DNA of 63,549 bases, the filler included, from Piptocephalis cylindrospora (Eukaryota), in the NCBI GenBank assembly GCA_003614145.1. It is 22 parts of 22 records of this genome, joined end to end, with 100 filler letters (N's around TTAATTAATTAA, not from the genome) between each part and the next. Parts side by side here need not be neighbours in the genome. Positions count along the whole stretch, not along the records: positions 46,402 to 49,182 come from KZ988855.1; positions 49,283 to 52,058 come from KZ988856.1; positions 52,159 to 54,932 come from KZ988857.1; positions 55,033 to 57,806 come from KZ988858.1; 18 more parts are not named here. The stretch is one strand, 5' to 3'. The notes beneath the pieces were generated by a model. That model was not told the origin of the DNA. It worked only from the letters and a program-made list of their open reading frames with translations, and did no database searches. The stretch's first letter is position 1. Each line of letters opens with the position of its first letter. Shown piece by piece: positions 46,493-57,906 of this stretch. Both the position numbers and the translations under genes were made by a program.

Positions 46493-49054
46493 ATGCGCTT
46501 TGGCCACCAACTGGAAACCTCCCTCAATCCCGACTGGAGGTACTACTACGTCGACTATGACGGCCTCAAGGTTCGCCTCAAGATGCGTCCAGGTCCCTCC
46601 TCCTACCGGGAAGGGGATGAGGCTACCTTTGTTCAACTCCTGGAGCACGAGCTGGATAAGGTCTACGATTTCCACAAGCTAAAATTCAATGAAATTACCC
46701 GACGGGTCGAATATGCTGAGACCCGTACCCGTACCCTCGAGCAATCCACCTCCCAGGCTACCTCAACCTTCACTACCGCTTCCTCCGACGCAGGCAGTGT
46801 GACCGAGGAGGGCAAGGGCAAGACCGCCGAGGATCCTTCCTCCACCTCTTCCGGTAATGATGATAGTTCCATCGACTCCAATTCCCCCACCCCTTCCCCC
46901 GTCCCCGAAATTTCCTCACCCTCCTCTGCTGTGGTCCTTGAAGCCCTTGAACAGGATGGGGACACCATCGACACCGAGGTCCATGATATTACGAAAGAAG
47001 TCAACGAGCTACAAAAATACGCTCGTCTTAACTACTCCGCCTTCCTCAAGATCATCAAGAAGCACGACAAGTATACCTCCTACGCCTTGCGACCCGTTTT
47101 TATGGTCCGTCTCGCCGCAAAACCCTTCTACGGTGACTCTTTTGAACCACTGGTCCTCCGTCTCTCCCGTCTCTACGATCGAGTTCGCAAGGTCCGCGCC
47201 CAGCTTACCTGCGTCCTCCACCCAGGGACTCGGGAGGCCGAGGTGGCTGCCCAGATCGCTCAGCCTGAGGGTGGAGCGGCTGGAGCTTCCGGTGGCTCCC
47301 AAAACTTTGTCCGGCGCACTACCAAGTACTGGGTCCATCCGGACCATGTATTTGAGCTCAAAATGTACATCCTTCGCTATCTTCCCGTCCTCGTATTCCG
47401 CGCTTCCTCCTCCAAGGGAGCCGATAACGGAGACTCTTCCGATCGCGCCGGCGACGAGAATGAAGATGGAGAAGAAGTGGACTCCTCCATCTCCTCCATC
47501 TACCTCGACAACCGCGAGCTCGAACTCTACCTCGGACGTCTGGAAAAGAGTGAGAATGCCGAGGCCATTCGTCTTCGGTGGTATGGGCCCGCCAGTAACA
47601 ATGAGATCTTTGTCGAGCGCAAGACCCATAAGGAAGACTGGACCGGAGAAACCTCGGTCAAGCAGAGGTTCCCCATCAAGGAGAAGAACGTTAATGCGTA
47701 CCTTCGAGGTGACTGGACCGTCGACAAGATGATCGCTAAACTTCGCTCCTCTGGTGCAAAATCCGAGGCTGATCTCAAAGCTCTGGATTCCCTAGCTCGT
47801 GGTGTTCAAGAGAGCATCCGCACCAAGCATCTTCACCCAGTCATGCGTACCTTCTACCACCGCACCGCCTTCCAGCTCCCTGGTGATGCCAGGGTTCGCA
47901 TCTCCCTTGACACTGAACTTTCCATGATCCGTGAGGATGACTTTGACGGTACCCAACGTGCAGGTCTGAACTGGAGGCGTCGGGACGTCCGAACCGCCTA
48001 TCCCTTCTCTAATCTCCCAGAATCCGACATCTGCCGCTTCCCGTATGCCGTTCTCGAGGTCAAGTTACAGACCGCTGCCGGGGCAGAGGCCCCCAAGTGG
48101 GTTGAGTCCCTGATTGAGAGTCATCTGGTCGAGGAAGTCCCCAAGTTCAGCAAGTTTATCCATGGATGCTCCTCTCTCCTCGAGCCCCATGTCCCTCTCC
48201 TCCCCTTTTGGCTTCCCCAGATGGACAAGGACATTCGTCGGGAAGGTGTTGGTGGTTCCCTTACCGGCCCTGGTGGGGTTAGTACTCCCTCTCGCGAGCT
48301 CCTATCCAGCCCGTTTGCCCCCAAGGCTGGGGGACTTGGTTCCAGATCCAATTCCCGATCCGTGTCTCGTAATATTTCTCAGTATGGCTCAACTGGTCGA
48401 GGTGGTGGTGGGGAGGGAGGAAAAGATGGAGATATTGAAATCGTCGTGGATGATCCCTCCTCTCGTGGGAGACAGGGTGAGTCCGAACCTTTACTCGGCA
48501 ATGGTGGCTCGAGACGCCAGGGTCAGGAAGATGATACCAGAAGTGTACGTAGCCAGGCTTCTTCCACCGCCTCGTCTCGTCGTGGACGTCGCACCGCATC
48601 TGGTACTTCCTGGGCGAATGCCGTTGACCGTCAAAGCGGCGGATGGGGACCTTCTCTTCTCAAGCGCTTTTGGAAGCGACGGAGCCCTCAATCCTCCTCC
48701 TCCTCTTCCCCCAGGAGAAAGCGAGTTGCTGTGCCTGTCCGTGTGGAGCCCAAAGTCTTCTTCGCTAACGAGCGTACCTTCCTCAGCTGGCTTCATTTTG
48801 CCGTGGTCCTGGGAGGTCTTGCCCTTGGCCTCATGAACTTTGGTGATCGGTCTAGTATGTTTGCCGGCGCCATCTTCACTGTTATTGCTGCTGGCATCAT
48901 GCTCTACGCTCTTCTCACCTACCGATGGCGGTCTGAGCGCATCCGCCAACGTTTACCCGGTCCGTATGACGATCAACGGGGGCCCGTTGTCCTTGTCGGA
49001 GTTATCTTTGCTGCTGTTGGGGTGAATTTCTGGCTGAAATTTCGTGATCTGTAA
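46493..49054 (+). CDS. VTC4: Vacuolar polyphosphate polymerase Vtc4 (SPX + VTC + DUF202 TM)
   Basis: SPX start MRFG...YVDYDGLK; QNFVRRTTKYWVH, IRLRWYG, FVERKTH, RTAFQLPGDARVRISLDT, EPKVFFANERTFLSWL; complete 853 aa. Confidence 0.97.
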   Translation: MRFGHQLETSLNPDWRYYYVDYDGLKVRLKMRPGPSSYREGDEATFVQLLEHELDKVYDFHKLKFNEITRRVEYAETRTRTLEQSTSQATSTFTTASSDAGSVTEEGKGKTAEDPSSTSSGNDDSSIDSNSPTPSPVPEISSPSSAVVLEALEQDGDTIDTEVHDITKEVNELQKYARLNYSAFLKIIKKHDKYTSYALRPVFMVRLAAKPFYGDSFEPLVLRLSRLYDRVRKVRAQLTCVLHPGTREAEVAAQIAQPEGGAAGASGGSQNFVRRTTKYWVHPDHVFELKMYILRYLPVLVFRASSSKGADNGDSSDRAGDENEDGEEVDSSISSIYLDNRELELYLGRLEKSENAEAIRLRWYGPASNNEIFVERKTHKEDWTGETSVKQRFPIKEKNVNAYLRGDWTVDKMIAKLRSSGAKSEADLKALDSLARGVQESIRTKHLHPVMRTFYHRTAFQLPGDARVRISLDTELSMIREDDFDGTQRAGLNWRRRDVRTAYPFSNLPESDICRFPYAVLEVKLQTAAGAEAPKWVESLIESHLVEEVPKFSKFIHGCSSLLEPHVPLLPFWLPQMDKDIRREGVGGSLTGPGGVSTPSRELLSSPFAPKAGGLGSRSNSRSVSRNISQYGSTGRGGGGEGGKDGDIEIVVDDPSSRGRQGESEPLLGNGGSRRQGQEDDTRSVRSQASSTASSRRGRRTASGTSWANAVDRQSGGWGPSLLKRFWKRRSPQSSSSSSPRRKRVAVPVRVEPKVFFANERTFLSWLHFAVVLGGLALGLMNFGDRSSMFAGAIFTVIAAGIMLYALLTYRWRSERIRQRLPGPYDDQRGPVVLVGVIFAAVGVNFWLKFRDL

Positions 49055-50073
49055 GGGTAGTGTCTGCCTTGTGCTCTTTCTGTGTGTGTGTAGCTAGCTG
49101 CATGGGCGAACGTGTGAGGATGGGTCGGTTAGCAAATAAAATCATCTCATCCCTTAACCTCTTCTTTTCTATCGAAACGAGANNNNNNNNNNNNNNNNNN
49201 NNNNNNNNNNNNNNNNNNNNNNNNNNTTAATTAATTAANNNNNNNNNNNNNNNNNNNNNNNNNNNNNNNNNNNNNNNNNNNNTATTATGATGATAAAACC
49301 AGATTTTATTACCCCGTGTGGGGCTGGCTAGAGGGTATCCGAACACATTGAATGCCTGTATTATATGCTACTATTATAACGACGATGGTTGACATATCGT
49401 CTATTTTCTACTGAAAGAATCTACAAAACTCCTTGGAATATCCATCATAGTCTGCTCCACGGAGGGAAAATACAATGATGCTATAGTTACACGTATACGT
49501 CGGTCGCATGATGAGCTGCAGGGTGAAGTACTCATACATCATAGGCTAACCGTCATAACTTTTTTTACACAGTTAATAATATTTTTAGGGGTCAGGTCTC
49601 CAGGAAGGAGTAAATGAGTAAGGGAATGAATTCAAATGTGAAGTGGCTTCATCTTCAAATGTATTGGGAATATTGGTCTAAAGTATGCTCCTTTATAGAG
49701 AATCATCCAAGCGGATGGCTTCCTACATTTAGGGCTATACTAGGACATCCTTGCGTAGTCGGATCCTTTGCTTTGTTCGTTCATGGGGAGTCCCTTCTTA
49801 ATTCGGCCCTTGTCCTTTGTCTCTGGGGCTTCCCACAGACATTTCCCTTACACGGTGACACAACGACTTCCAAGTCGTTATAATATGATGATACTACAAT
49901 CCTATTCACACGCTTATGACATAATGAGTTTACAAGGTGGATTGCTTTTAGATTATAGGCTAACGGCCATGGTATATTTACACAGTTAATCGTATTATTA
50001 TGGATAGAACATGACCACCGAAATAGCCATTCCGAGTGACGAAATACTAACAGGCCCGAAAGGAGGGACCCGC

Positions 50074-50480
50074 TCTGGTCGCTAATGGTAAAAATATCAT
50101 AGGTGTCGAGACAGGTCAAGCAAGAAAGGCAGTGCCTCCCAGCAAGAAGTGTCGGGCTCCGGGCAGCGTTGTCAGAGATGAGGGCCGGTTCTGGTCGCTA
50201 ATGATAGAGGAAATCCCACAGGCGCCGAGACAGGTCAAGCAAGAAAGGCAGTGCCTCCCAGCAAGAAGTGTCGGGCTCCGGGCAGCGTTGTCAGAGATGA
50301 GGGCCGGTTCTGGTCGCTAATGATAGAGGAAATCCCACAGGCGCCGAGACAGGTCAAGCAAGAAAGGCAGTGCCTCCCAGCAAGAAGTGTCGGGCTCCGG
50401 GCAGCGTTGTCAGAGATGAGGGCCGGTTCTGGTCGCTAATGATAGAGGAAATCCCACAGGTGCCGAGACAGGTCAAGCAA
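50074..50480. repeat. 119-bp tandem repeat (~3.4 units)
   Basis: Near-identical units with period 119 (identical ORFs at 50132 and 50251); the first partial unit is diverged. Confidence 0.95.
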
Positions 50481-51070
50481 CGAAGCCCTAGATTCTCGCT
50501 AAACATAAGGGTGATGGCCAGGGTTTTGGAATGATTCATCAATATGATGAGTTATTGAGGAGGGGTGACCATCGCACGGTAGTATGGGCAGTGAAAGGAG
50601 AGGCCGACTTCACTAGATAATTATGAAACTGGGCCGCAGGCGGTAGGTGAGAGAGGGGAGAGAGAAGAGGGAGGGGATGAAAGAGAAGGAAGAAGGCGAT
50701 CGCTACTCAAGAATTGTAAAACGATACAAAATACCCTTTGCTTAACTGGCACCCTTACCCCAGATGAGGCTTTTGAGAAGGAATATTTGTGACTTGTGGA
50801 TTTGTAGGGCCTGCAACCTCATCGGAAGGTCATGGGAAGGGATGATCCCGAACGGAAGATACGCACAAAAGGTCTACATTGGTGGTGCAGATGTAGATCG
50901 ATGTAACCGGGGCGGCCGTGGGGGCGAGGCAACGGGATTCGGATGTAGCCTTGTAGCAATGGACGTGGAAGTCTCAGGAATAGGGGAGGGCGAGGATAAT
51001 TGGTATGGATCATCGGTAATCGGTGGTGTATTAGGCGAACTCAGGATAGACTCACCCAATGGGCCATCTA

Positions 51071-52058
51071 TCAAGATCGATGGATTACTTGCAGCATTAG
51101 TACAGAAGCATTAAAGGCAAACTTACACTCAGCTAACCCACTTTGAACTTTAGCGCTCTCCTGACTATTTAGGGACCGCGTGAAGCCCGTAGTGGAATGC
51201 TGGAGCGCCTCTCTACCCTCAGGGATAGGATCCTTTGTGGTAGTGCTCCGTTGTTTCTTGGTTGCTTCCCCACTAACACCTTCTGGAGACCTCTTCCTCT
51301 TCCTCTTACTACTACTCTTACTCTCAGGAGCAGGGTCCTTTGTGGTAGCGCTCCGTCGTTTCTTGATCATCCCCTCACCAATACCTCCTGGAGATCTTTT
51401 TCTCTTACTCTTACCCCCCTCTAGGTCATTGACCTTCCCATTCATGTGGGCCGAAACAGGATTAGACTTAGTGGTTGAGAGACGCTCTCTCTCTCGAAGT
51501 TGGTACCGAGGAGCCTTTGCCTCCAACCGAGCAGATGTCCGGGTCGGAAGGGAATTGGAAACCCTTGGCTTCTTCGTTTTCTTTGGCACATCCACCATGT
51601 CATCTACTGCCTCTCTCCCAGGATTAGGAGGAGTTTCTTGGCGTGGGCCTGTCGTATCTCCGTCGTTCGTCACACCTTGCTCTCTTTGTGGATCAGCTAC
51701 ACCTACTACATCCGTCGCACTTGCTTCCTCCTCCCGCGAACGCTTCCCCAGGGAAATATGGACTGAGCGACGATCAGATTCGGATGAATCCACCTGTACC
51801 ACGTCTTCCCATCCTCCAGTGTCGATATTGTCTCCCCTTCGGCCTTCCTCCCCCCTCCCACCATCCATCTCTCCTCCCGAACCATCCTCCCCTCTTCCCC
51901 CATTGTCCTCTCTCCTTCCACCATTATCCACCCTTCCTCTGTCCCCCCACCCCCCACCAGTAACGTCTCCTCCCGGACCATCTTCCTCTCTTCCTCCCTC
52001 CTCCCTCCTCCCACCATCTTCCACTCCTCCTCTGCCCTCCCTCCTCCCACCATCTTCC
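51071..52058 (-). CDS. Low-complexity charged ORF (Gly/Glu/Arg repeats; duplicated 35-aa basic NLS-like unit), 5'-open
   Basis: 317+ open codons; KRKRSPxG...KKxRSxTTKDP occurs twice, 105 nt apart; function unknown. Confidence 0.4.
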
Positions 52059-52741
52059 NNNNNNNNNNNNNNNNNNNNNNNNNNNNNNNNNNNNNNNNNN
52101 NNTTAATTAATTAANNNNNNNNNNNNNNNNNNNNNNNNNNNNNNNNNNNNNNNNNNNNGGGGGAAGAGAGGGGATGTGCGTACATGTATCGTTTAACCAA
52201 CATCCATCCATTCCATACTCTTTCCTTTTTACTCCTCTAGTCAGATACTTGAGGATGAATGAGATAATCAATCGTCCCTTTGAGAGGAGAATAAAGTAGA
52301 GCTCATTCCTTTTCTATTCTACAAAAAGCTGGTATTATTATTTCATTGTCAGTAAACACATCTTTATCTCATAGTCTAGTAATGAGTTGTGCGTATCATC
52401 CAAACGCTCTCTGGATCGCCGAATCAACGATCATCATTAAGCCTTGTAGCCGTCAACCTCGCTGTGTGTTTACTTGCCCCGGTTTCGGCCGGCCCACTGT
52501 GCACACACCCACCCACCCCAGACAATCAAAACACGCATAATTTTTTATTTTCTTGCACAGTCTTCCACTTTTTTTTTCTTCGGTCCACCCGCGAACCTCA
52601 ATGCCGTCCTAAAGGCTATGAACAACGCGAGAGTACTTGAGACAGACCTCCCGAGGCTTGCCCTACTTCCAAGCACAGTATCGTCACCCTCTTCCTCCCC
52701 ATATCCCCAATACCAGAGATCCCCTTGTTTTCCCTGTCACC

Positions 52742-53125
52742 ATGTCCCTTCGTGCCCTCCTTCAGCCCCTTCGCCTTGGTGCCGCTCTGACCCGCCGCTC
52801 CTTCGGCACCTCCCTCATCGCTGAGGCCGACCGATCCATCTACTGCGCCAATGTCCCCTTCCGCGCCACCCACGACGAGATCCGAGATATCTTTAGCGCC
52901 TACGGTGAGGTCCGCGACGTTCACATCCCCCGGAACGCTGAAGGACTTAGCCGTGGTCTTGCCTTTGTCCGCATGGACGAGAACGATGTCAATGCTTTCC
53001 TTGAGAAGGACATTGCCCTCGAGCTAGGTGGTCGTCAACTCAAGACGGCTCTCGCTAACGAGCGTGGCCCCAGGCCGGCATTTAACCAGGGCGGTAGCAA
53101 TGATGGCTCCCTTGACCGCTTCTAA
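52742..53125 (+). CDS. Single-RRM RNA-binding protein with a probable mitochondrial presequence (127 aa)
   Basis: ATG in accATG context; MSLRALLQPLRLGAALTRRSF presequence-like; RNP2 IYCANV and RNP1 RGLAFVRM. Confidence 0.88.
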   Translation: MSLRALLQPLRLGAALTRRSFGTSLIAEADRSIYCANVPFRATHDEIRDIFSAYGEVRDVHIPRNAEGLSRGLAFVRMDENDVNAFLEKDIALELGGRQLKTALANERGPRPAFNQGGSNDGSLDRF

Positions 53126-53468
53126 ATCTATAGCCCCCCTTCCCTTCCTCCCCCCCCCCCAGTCGACAAGAGATTATGGCTTTGTGTCAGGGTGGCGTGA
53201 TGCCCTATCCCTCTCCAGTTCCTTTACCCTATCTTGTGTCTTTGTGTGTGTAAACGCTTCATCCTCTTTCCCCATGCTGCTTCTTGTGGATCATGAATAG
53301 AAAGGATGTTTTTCAGCTGAATCTTTTTTACCTCTTGGATATTGCTTCTGCTAAGAATGATTGAGATTAATCGGTGATTATCTTGACGGATTTTTTTACA
53401 GCTGGTCTTGAGGCATCTTATCTAGTACCGTGGTTTACGCGATCCACATCTTATTTTTCTTCACGTCG

Positions 53469-53897
53469 ATGTTCAAACACGCCCTTCAACTCCATCCCAC
53501 TCGTACTGCTACATTCTCTAAGCTGCTCCATAGAGGATGGAGTGGACGCTCTGACCTTGGCAACGATGATAGCAATAAGCGACCCTCCCGTCCAAAACAA
53601 CCTCTTCCACCAAGTAAGCTACCTGGATCCCCAGACACAGTTCATCTACTCATCGAAGGTTGGCCCAGAGCCTTGGGCCTCCCGCGTTTACGAGGGCTCC
53701 TCACCGCTCACGGATATGTGTATCATCTGGCTTTTTCCCGGAAGCACACTCAAACCCACGGAACACGTACTGCCATTGCAGCCATGACGAACAACGCGGC
53801 CAAGCGAGCTTGCCAAGCTCTGGACAATCAGCCTCTAGACCGGGGAGGTGGGGGCTTACTCAAGGTCCATGTACGAGCCCCCTTCCCAAGGAAATGA
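53469..53897 (+). CDS. Small basic protein with a degenerate RRM-like fold and presequence-like N-terminus
   Basis: HLLIEGWP..LG...LRGLLTAHGYV...AIAAM...AAKRACQALD...LKVHV follows the RRM secondary-structure pattern. Confidence 0.45.
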   Translation: MFKHALQLHPTRTATFSKLLHRGWSGRSDLGNDDSNKRPSRPKQPLPPSKLPGSPDTVHLLIEGWPRALGLPRLRGLLTAHGYVYHLAFSRKHTQTHGTRTAIAAMTNNAAKRACQALDNQPLDRGGGGLLKVHVRAPFPRK

Positions 53898-54197
53898 ACC
53901 AAAGTCATGACCGTAGATGGACGCAAGTATAACAACAGTAATAGAAATAATAAAGGCAACACATCTTGTATTCCATCCCTCCTTGATCTACTCTCCCTCT
54001 TCTTCCCTCTAGATAGACATGTGGCTTGGGATGAGGATAGGAGGAAGCGAAAGAAGAGCGAGAGGGTTCAACGTTCATCAAGTCGCCTTCTGCGTGGAAG
54101 CAAAGTCAAAGATGGAGCATGCCCACTCGATGACTGGGAGTCCTGGGTAATGCGAACTCGACGGGCCGGAGCGGATAGGCTGAGTGGAGATGGTCGC

Positions 54198-54932
54198 TTA
54201 CCACTTCCAGTAAGTGGCATAATCCTCCGTGGAGATCGAATATGAAGTGGAAGACGTCTTCTCGTGGCCAACGTCTTTCCCGGGCTTCCTGCATGTTGAG
54301 GGAGAGACGAGGTCGTGGAAGGAGGGAGGGAGGGGGGGCAGACCCGTTCGTCCGACCTGCTCGGCCAGGCTCCCGTGATCCAGTGGATCGGAACCTTCAT
54401 ATGTTTTGAGACGCGAGGAGAGAGTGGGCCGAGTGTACCGATGCTCCAAACCCATGACCCGACGGACCCTGGCTGGGCTAGCCTTCTTCCCCGTGGGTCT
54501 CCGTGTACGAAGAGGACCCCCATCTCCCCCTCGCCTAGGTGGAGGAGCCACCATAGGATGCACCCTATCCCGTACCCGACCGAGCCGTAATCTATCGGAG
54601 AAGGCTGGAGACTTGGGGATCGTTGGCTCTTTTCGTCGAATTCTCGGGACCCCATAATCTCCCGAGCTCTGGAGAACCTTCAGGTTCACTGGATGGGCCT
54701 TGAACTGCGCCCCTTGCTCGCTTTCCTTCTCCTTCACACCGCCCCAAAACATCTTTTCCCGTCGACTACCGAAGGAGAATGCATGGATGAGTCTAACTCA
54801 GCTGTTAGGGGAGAAGCTGATCAAGCAGAGTATTACTTACGATGAATTATCCTCCCGGAAACGAGAGTGAAATTGAGGTGACTTAGGTTGGGTTAGCTTG
54901 GAACCGGTTCCTTGGACGGATGCTCCCTGGAA
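54198..54932 (-). CDS. TPX2-like microtubule-binding protein, C-terminal part with one intron
   Basis: LTQPKSPQF then, after a GT-AG intron, QFKAHPVNLKVL...GVP...PTIPKSPAF (TPX2-type FKAxP and TxPxSPxF motifs). Confidence 0.6.
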
Positions 54933-55032
54933 NNNNNNNNNNNNNNNNNNNNNNNNNNNNNNNNNNNNNNNNNNNNTTAATTAATTAANNNNNNNNNNNN
55001 NNNNNNNNNNNNNNNNNNNNNNNNNNNNNNNN

Positions 55033-57806
55033 GGGGGAAGAGAGGGGATGTGCGTACATGTATCGTTTAACCAACATCCATCCATTCCATACTCTTTCCT
55101 TTTTACTCCTCTAGTCAGATACTTGAGGATGAATGAGATAATCAATCGTCCCTTTGAGAGGAGAATAAAGTAGAGCTCATTCCTTTTCTATTCTACAAAA
55201 AGCTGGTATTATTATTTCATTGTCAGTAAACACATCTTTATCTCATAGTCTAGTAATGAGTTGTGCGTATCATCCAAACGCTCTCTGGATCGCCGAATCA
55301 ACGATCATCATTAAGCCTTGTAGCCGTCAACCTCGCTGTGTGTTTACTTGCCCCGGTTTCGGCCGGCCCACTGTGCACACACCCACCCACCCCAGACAAT
55401 CAAAACACGCATAATTTTTTATTTTCTTGCACAGTCTTCCACTTTTTTTTTCTTCGGTCCACCCGCGAACCTCAATGCCGTCCTAAAGGCTATGAACAAC
55501 GCGAGAGTACTTGAGACAGACCTCCCGAGGCTTGCCCTACTTCCAAGCACAGTATCGTCACCCTCTTCCTCCCCATATCCCCAATACCAGAGATCCCCTT
55601 GTTTTCCCTGTCACCATGTCCCTTCGTGCCCTCCTTCAGCCCCTTCGCCTTGGTGCCGCTCTGACCCGCCGCTCCTTCGGCACCTCCCTCATCGCTGAGG
55701 CCGACCGATCCATCTACTGCGCCAATGTCCCCTTCCGCGCCACCCACGACGAGATCCGAGATATCTTTAGCGCCTACGGTGAGGTCCGCGACGTTCACAT
55801 CCCCCGGAACGCTGAAGGACTTAGCCGTGGTCTTGCCTTTGTCCGCATGGACGAGAACGATGTCAATGCTTTCCTTGAGAAGGACATTGCCCTCGAGCTA
55901 GGTGGTCGTCAACTCAAGACGGCTCTCGCTAACGAGCGTGGCCCCAGGCCGGCATTTAACCAGGGCGGTAGCAATGATGGCTCCCTTGACCGCTTCTAAA
56001 TCTATAGCTCCCCTTCCCTTCCTCCCCCCCCCCCAGTCGACAAGAGATTATGGCTTTGTGTCAGGGTGGCGTGATGCCCTATCCCTCTCCAGTTCCTTTA
56101 CCCTATCTTGTGTCTTTGTGTGTGTAAACGCTTCATCCTCTTTCCCCATGCTGCTTCTTGTGGATCATGAATAGAAAGGATGTTTTTCAGCTGAATCTTT
56201 TTTACCTCTTGGATATTGCTTCTGCTAAGAATGATTGAGATTAATCGGTGATTATCTTGACGGATTTTTTTACAGCTGGTCTTGAGGCATCTTATCTAGT
56301 ACCGTGGTTTACGCGATCCACATCTTATTTTTCTTCACGTCGATGTTCAAACACGCCCTTCAACTCCATCCCACTCGTACTGCTACATTCTCTAAGCTGC
56401 TCCATAGAGGATGGAGTGGACGCTCTGACCTTGGCAACGATGATAGCAATAAGCGACCCTCCCGTCCAAAACAACCTCTTCCACCAAGTAAGCTACCTGG
56501 ATCCCCAGACACAGTTCATCTACTCATCGAAGGTTGGCCCAGAGCCTTGGGCCTCCCGCGTTTACGAGGGCTCCTCACCGCTCACGGATATGTGTATCAT
56601 CTGGCTTTTTCCCGGAAGCACACTCAAACCCACGGAACACGTACTGCCATTGCAGCCATGACGAACAACGCGGCCAAGCGAGCTTGCCAAGCTCTGGACA
56701 ATCAGCCTCTAGACCGGGGAGGTGGGGGCTTACTCAAGGTCCATGTACGAGCCCCCTTCCCAAGGAAATGAACCAAAGTCATGACCGTAGATGGACGCAA
56801 GTATAACAACAGTAATAGAAATAATAAAGGCAACACATCTTGTATTCCATCCCTCCTTGATCTACTCTCCCTCTTCTTCCCTCTAGATAGACATGTGGCT
56901 TGGGATGAGGATAGGAGGAAGCGAAAGAAGAGCGAGAGGGTTCAACGTTCATCAAGTCGCCTTCTGCGTGGAAGCAAAGTCAAAGATGGAGCATGCCCAC
57001 TCGATGACTGGGAGTCCTGGGTAATGCGAACTCGACGGGCCGGAGCGGATAGGCTGAGTGGAGATGGTCGCTTACCACTTCCAGTAAGTGGCATAATCCT
57101 CCGTGGAGATCGAATATGAAGTGGAAGACGTCTTCTCGTGGCCAACGTCTTTCCCGGGCTTCCTGCATGTTGAGGGAGAGACGAGGTCGTGGAAGGAGGG
57201 AGGGAGGGGGGGCAGACCCGTTCGTCCGACCTGCTCGGCCAGGCTCCCGTGATCCAGTGGATCGGAACCTTCATATGTTTTGAGACGCGAGGAGAGAGTG
57301 GGCCGAGTGTACCGATGCTCCAAACCCATGACCCGACGGACCCTGGCTGGGCTAGCCTTCTTCCCCGTGGGTCTCCGTGTACGAAGAGGACCCCCATCTC
57401 CCCCTCGCCTAGGTGGAGGAGCCACCATAGGATGCACCCTATCCCGTACCCGACCGAGCCGTAATCTATCGGAGAAGGCTGGAGACTTGGGGATCGTTGG
57501 CTCTTTTCGTCGAATTCTCGGGACCCCATAATCTCCCGAGCTCTGGAGAACCTTCAGGTTCACTGGATGGGCCTTGAACTGCGCCCCTTGCTCGCTTTCC
57601 TTCTCCTTCACACCGCCCCAAAACATCTTTTCCCGTCGACTACCGAAGGAGAATGCATGGATGAGTCTAACTCAGCTGTTAGGGGAGAAGCTGATCAAGC
57701 AGAGTATTACTTACGATGAATTATCCTCCCGGAAACGAGAGTGAAATTGAGGTGACTTAGGTTGGGTTAGCTTGGAACCGGTTCCTTGGACGGATGCTCC
57801 CTGGAA
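55033..57806 (+). repeat. Redundant contig copy of 52159-54932 (RRM 55616-55999, RRM-like 56343-56771, TPX2-like 57072-57806)
   Basis: Same length and ends; only difference noticed is C/T at 53135 vs 56009, beside a poly-C tract. Confidence 0.95.
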
Positions 57807-57906
57807 NNNNNNNNNNNNNNNNNNNNNNNNNNNNNNNNNNNNNNNNNNNNTTAATTAATTAANNNNNNNNNNNNNNNNNNNNNNNNNNNNNNNNNNNNNN
57901 NNNNNN

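Noticed and set aside
50074..50480. 119-bp units as a 5S rRNA array or CRISPR
   Set aside because: No recognisable 5S sequence or Pol III boxes, no variable spacers, and no cas genes
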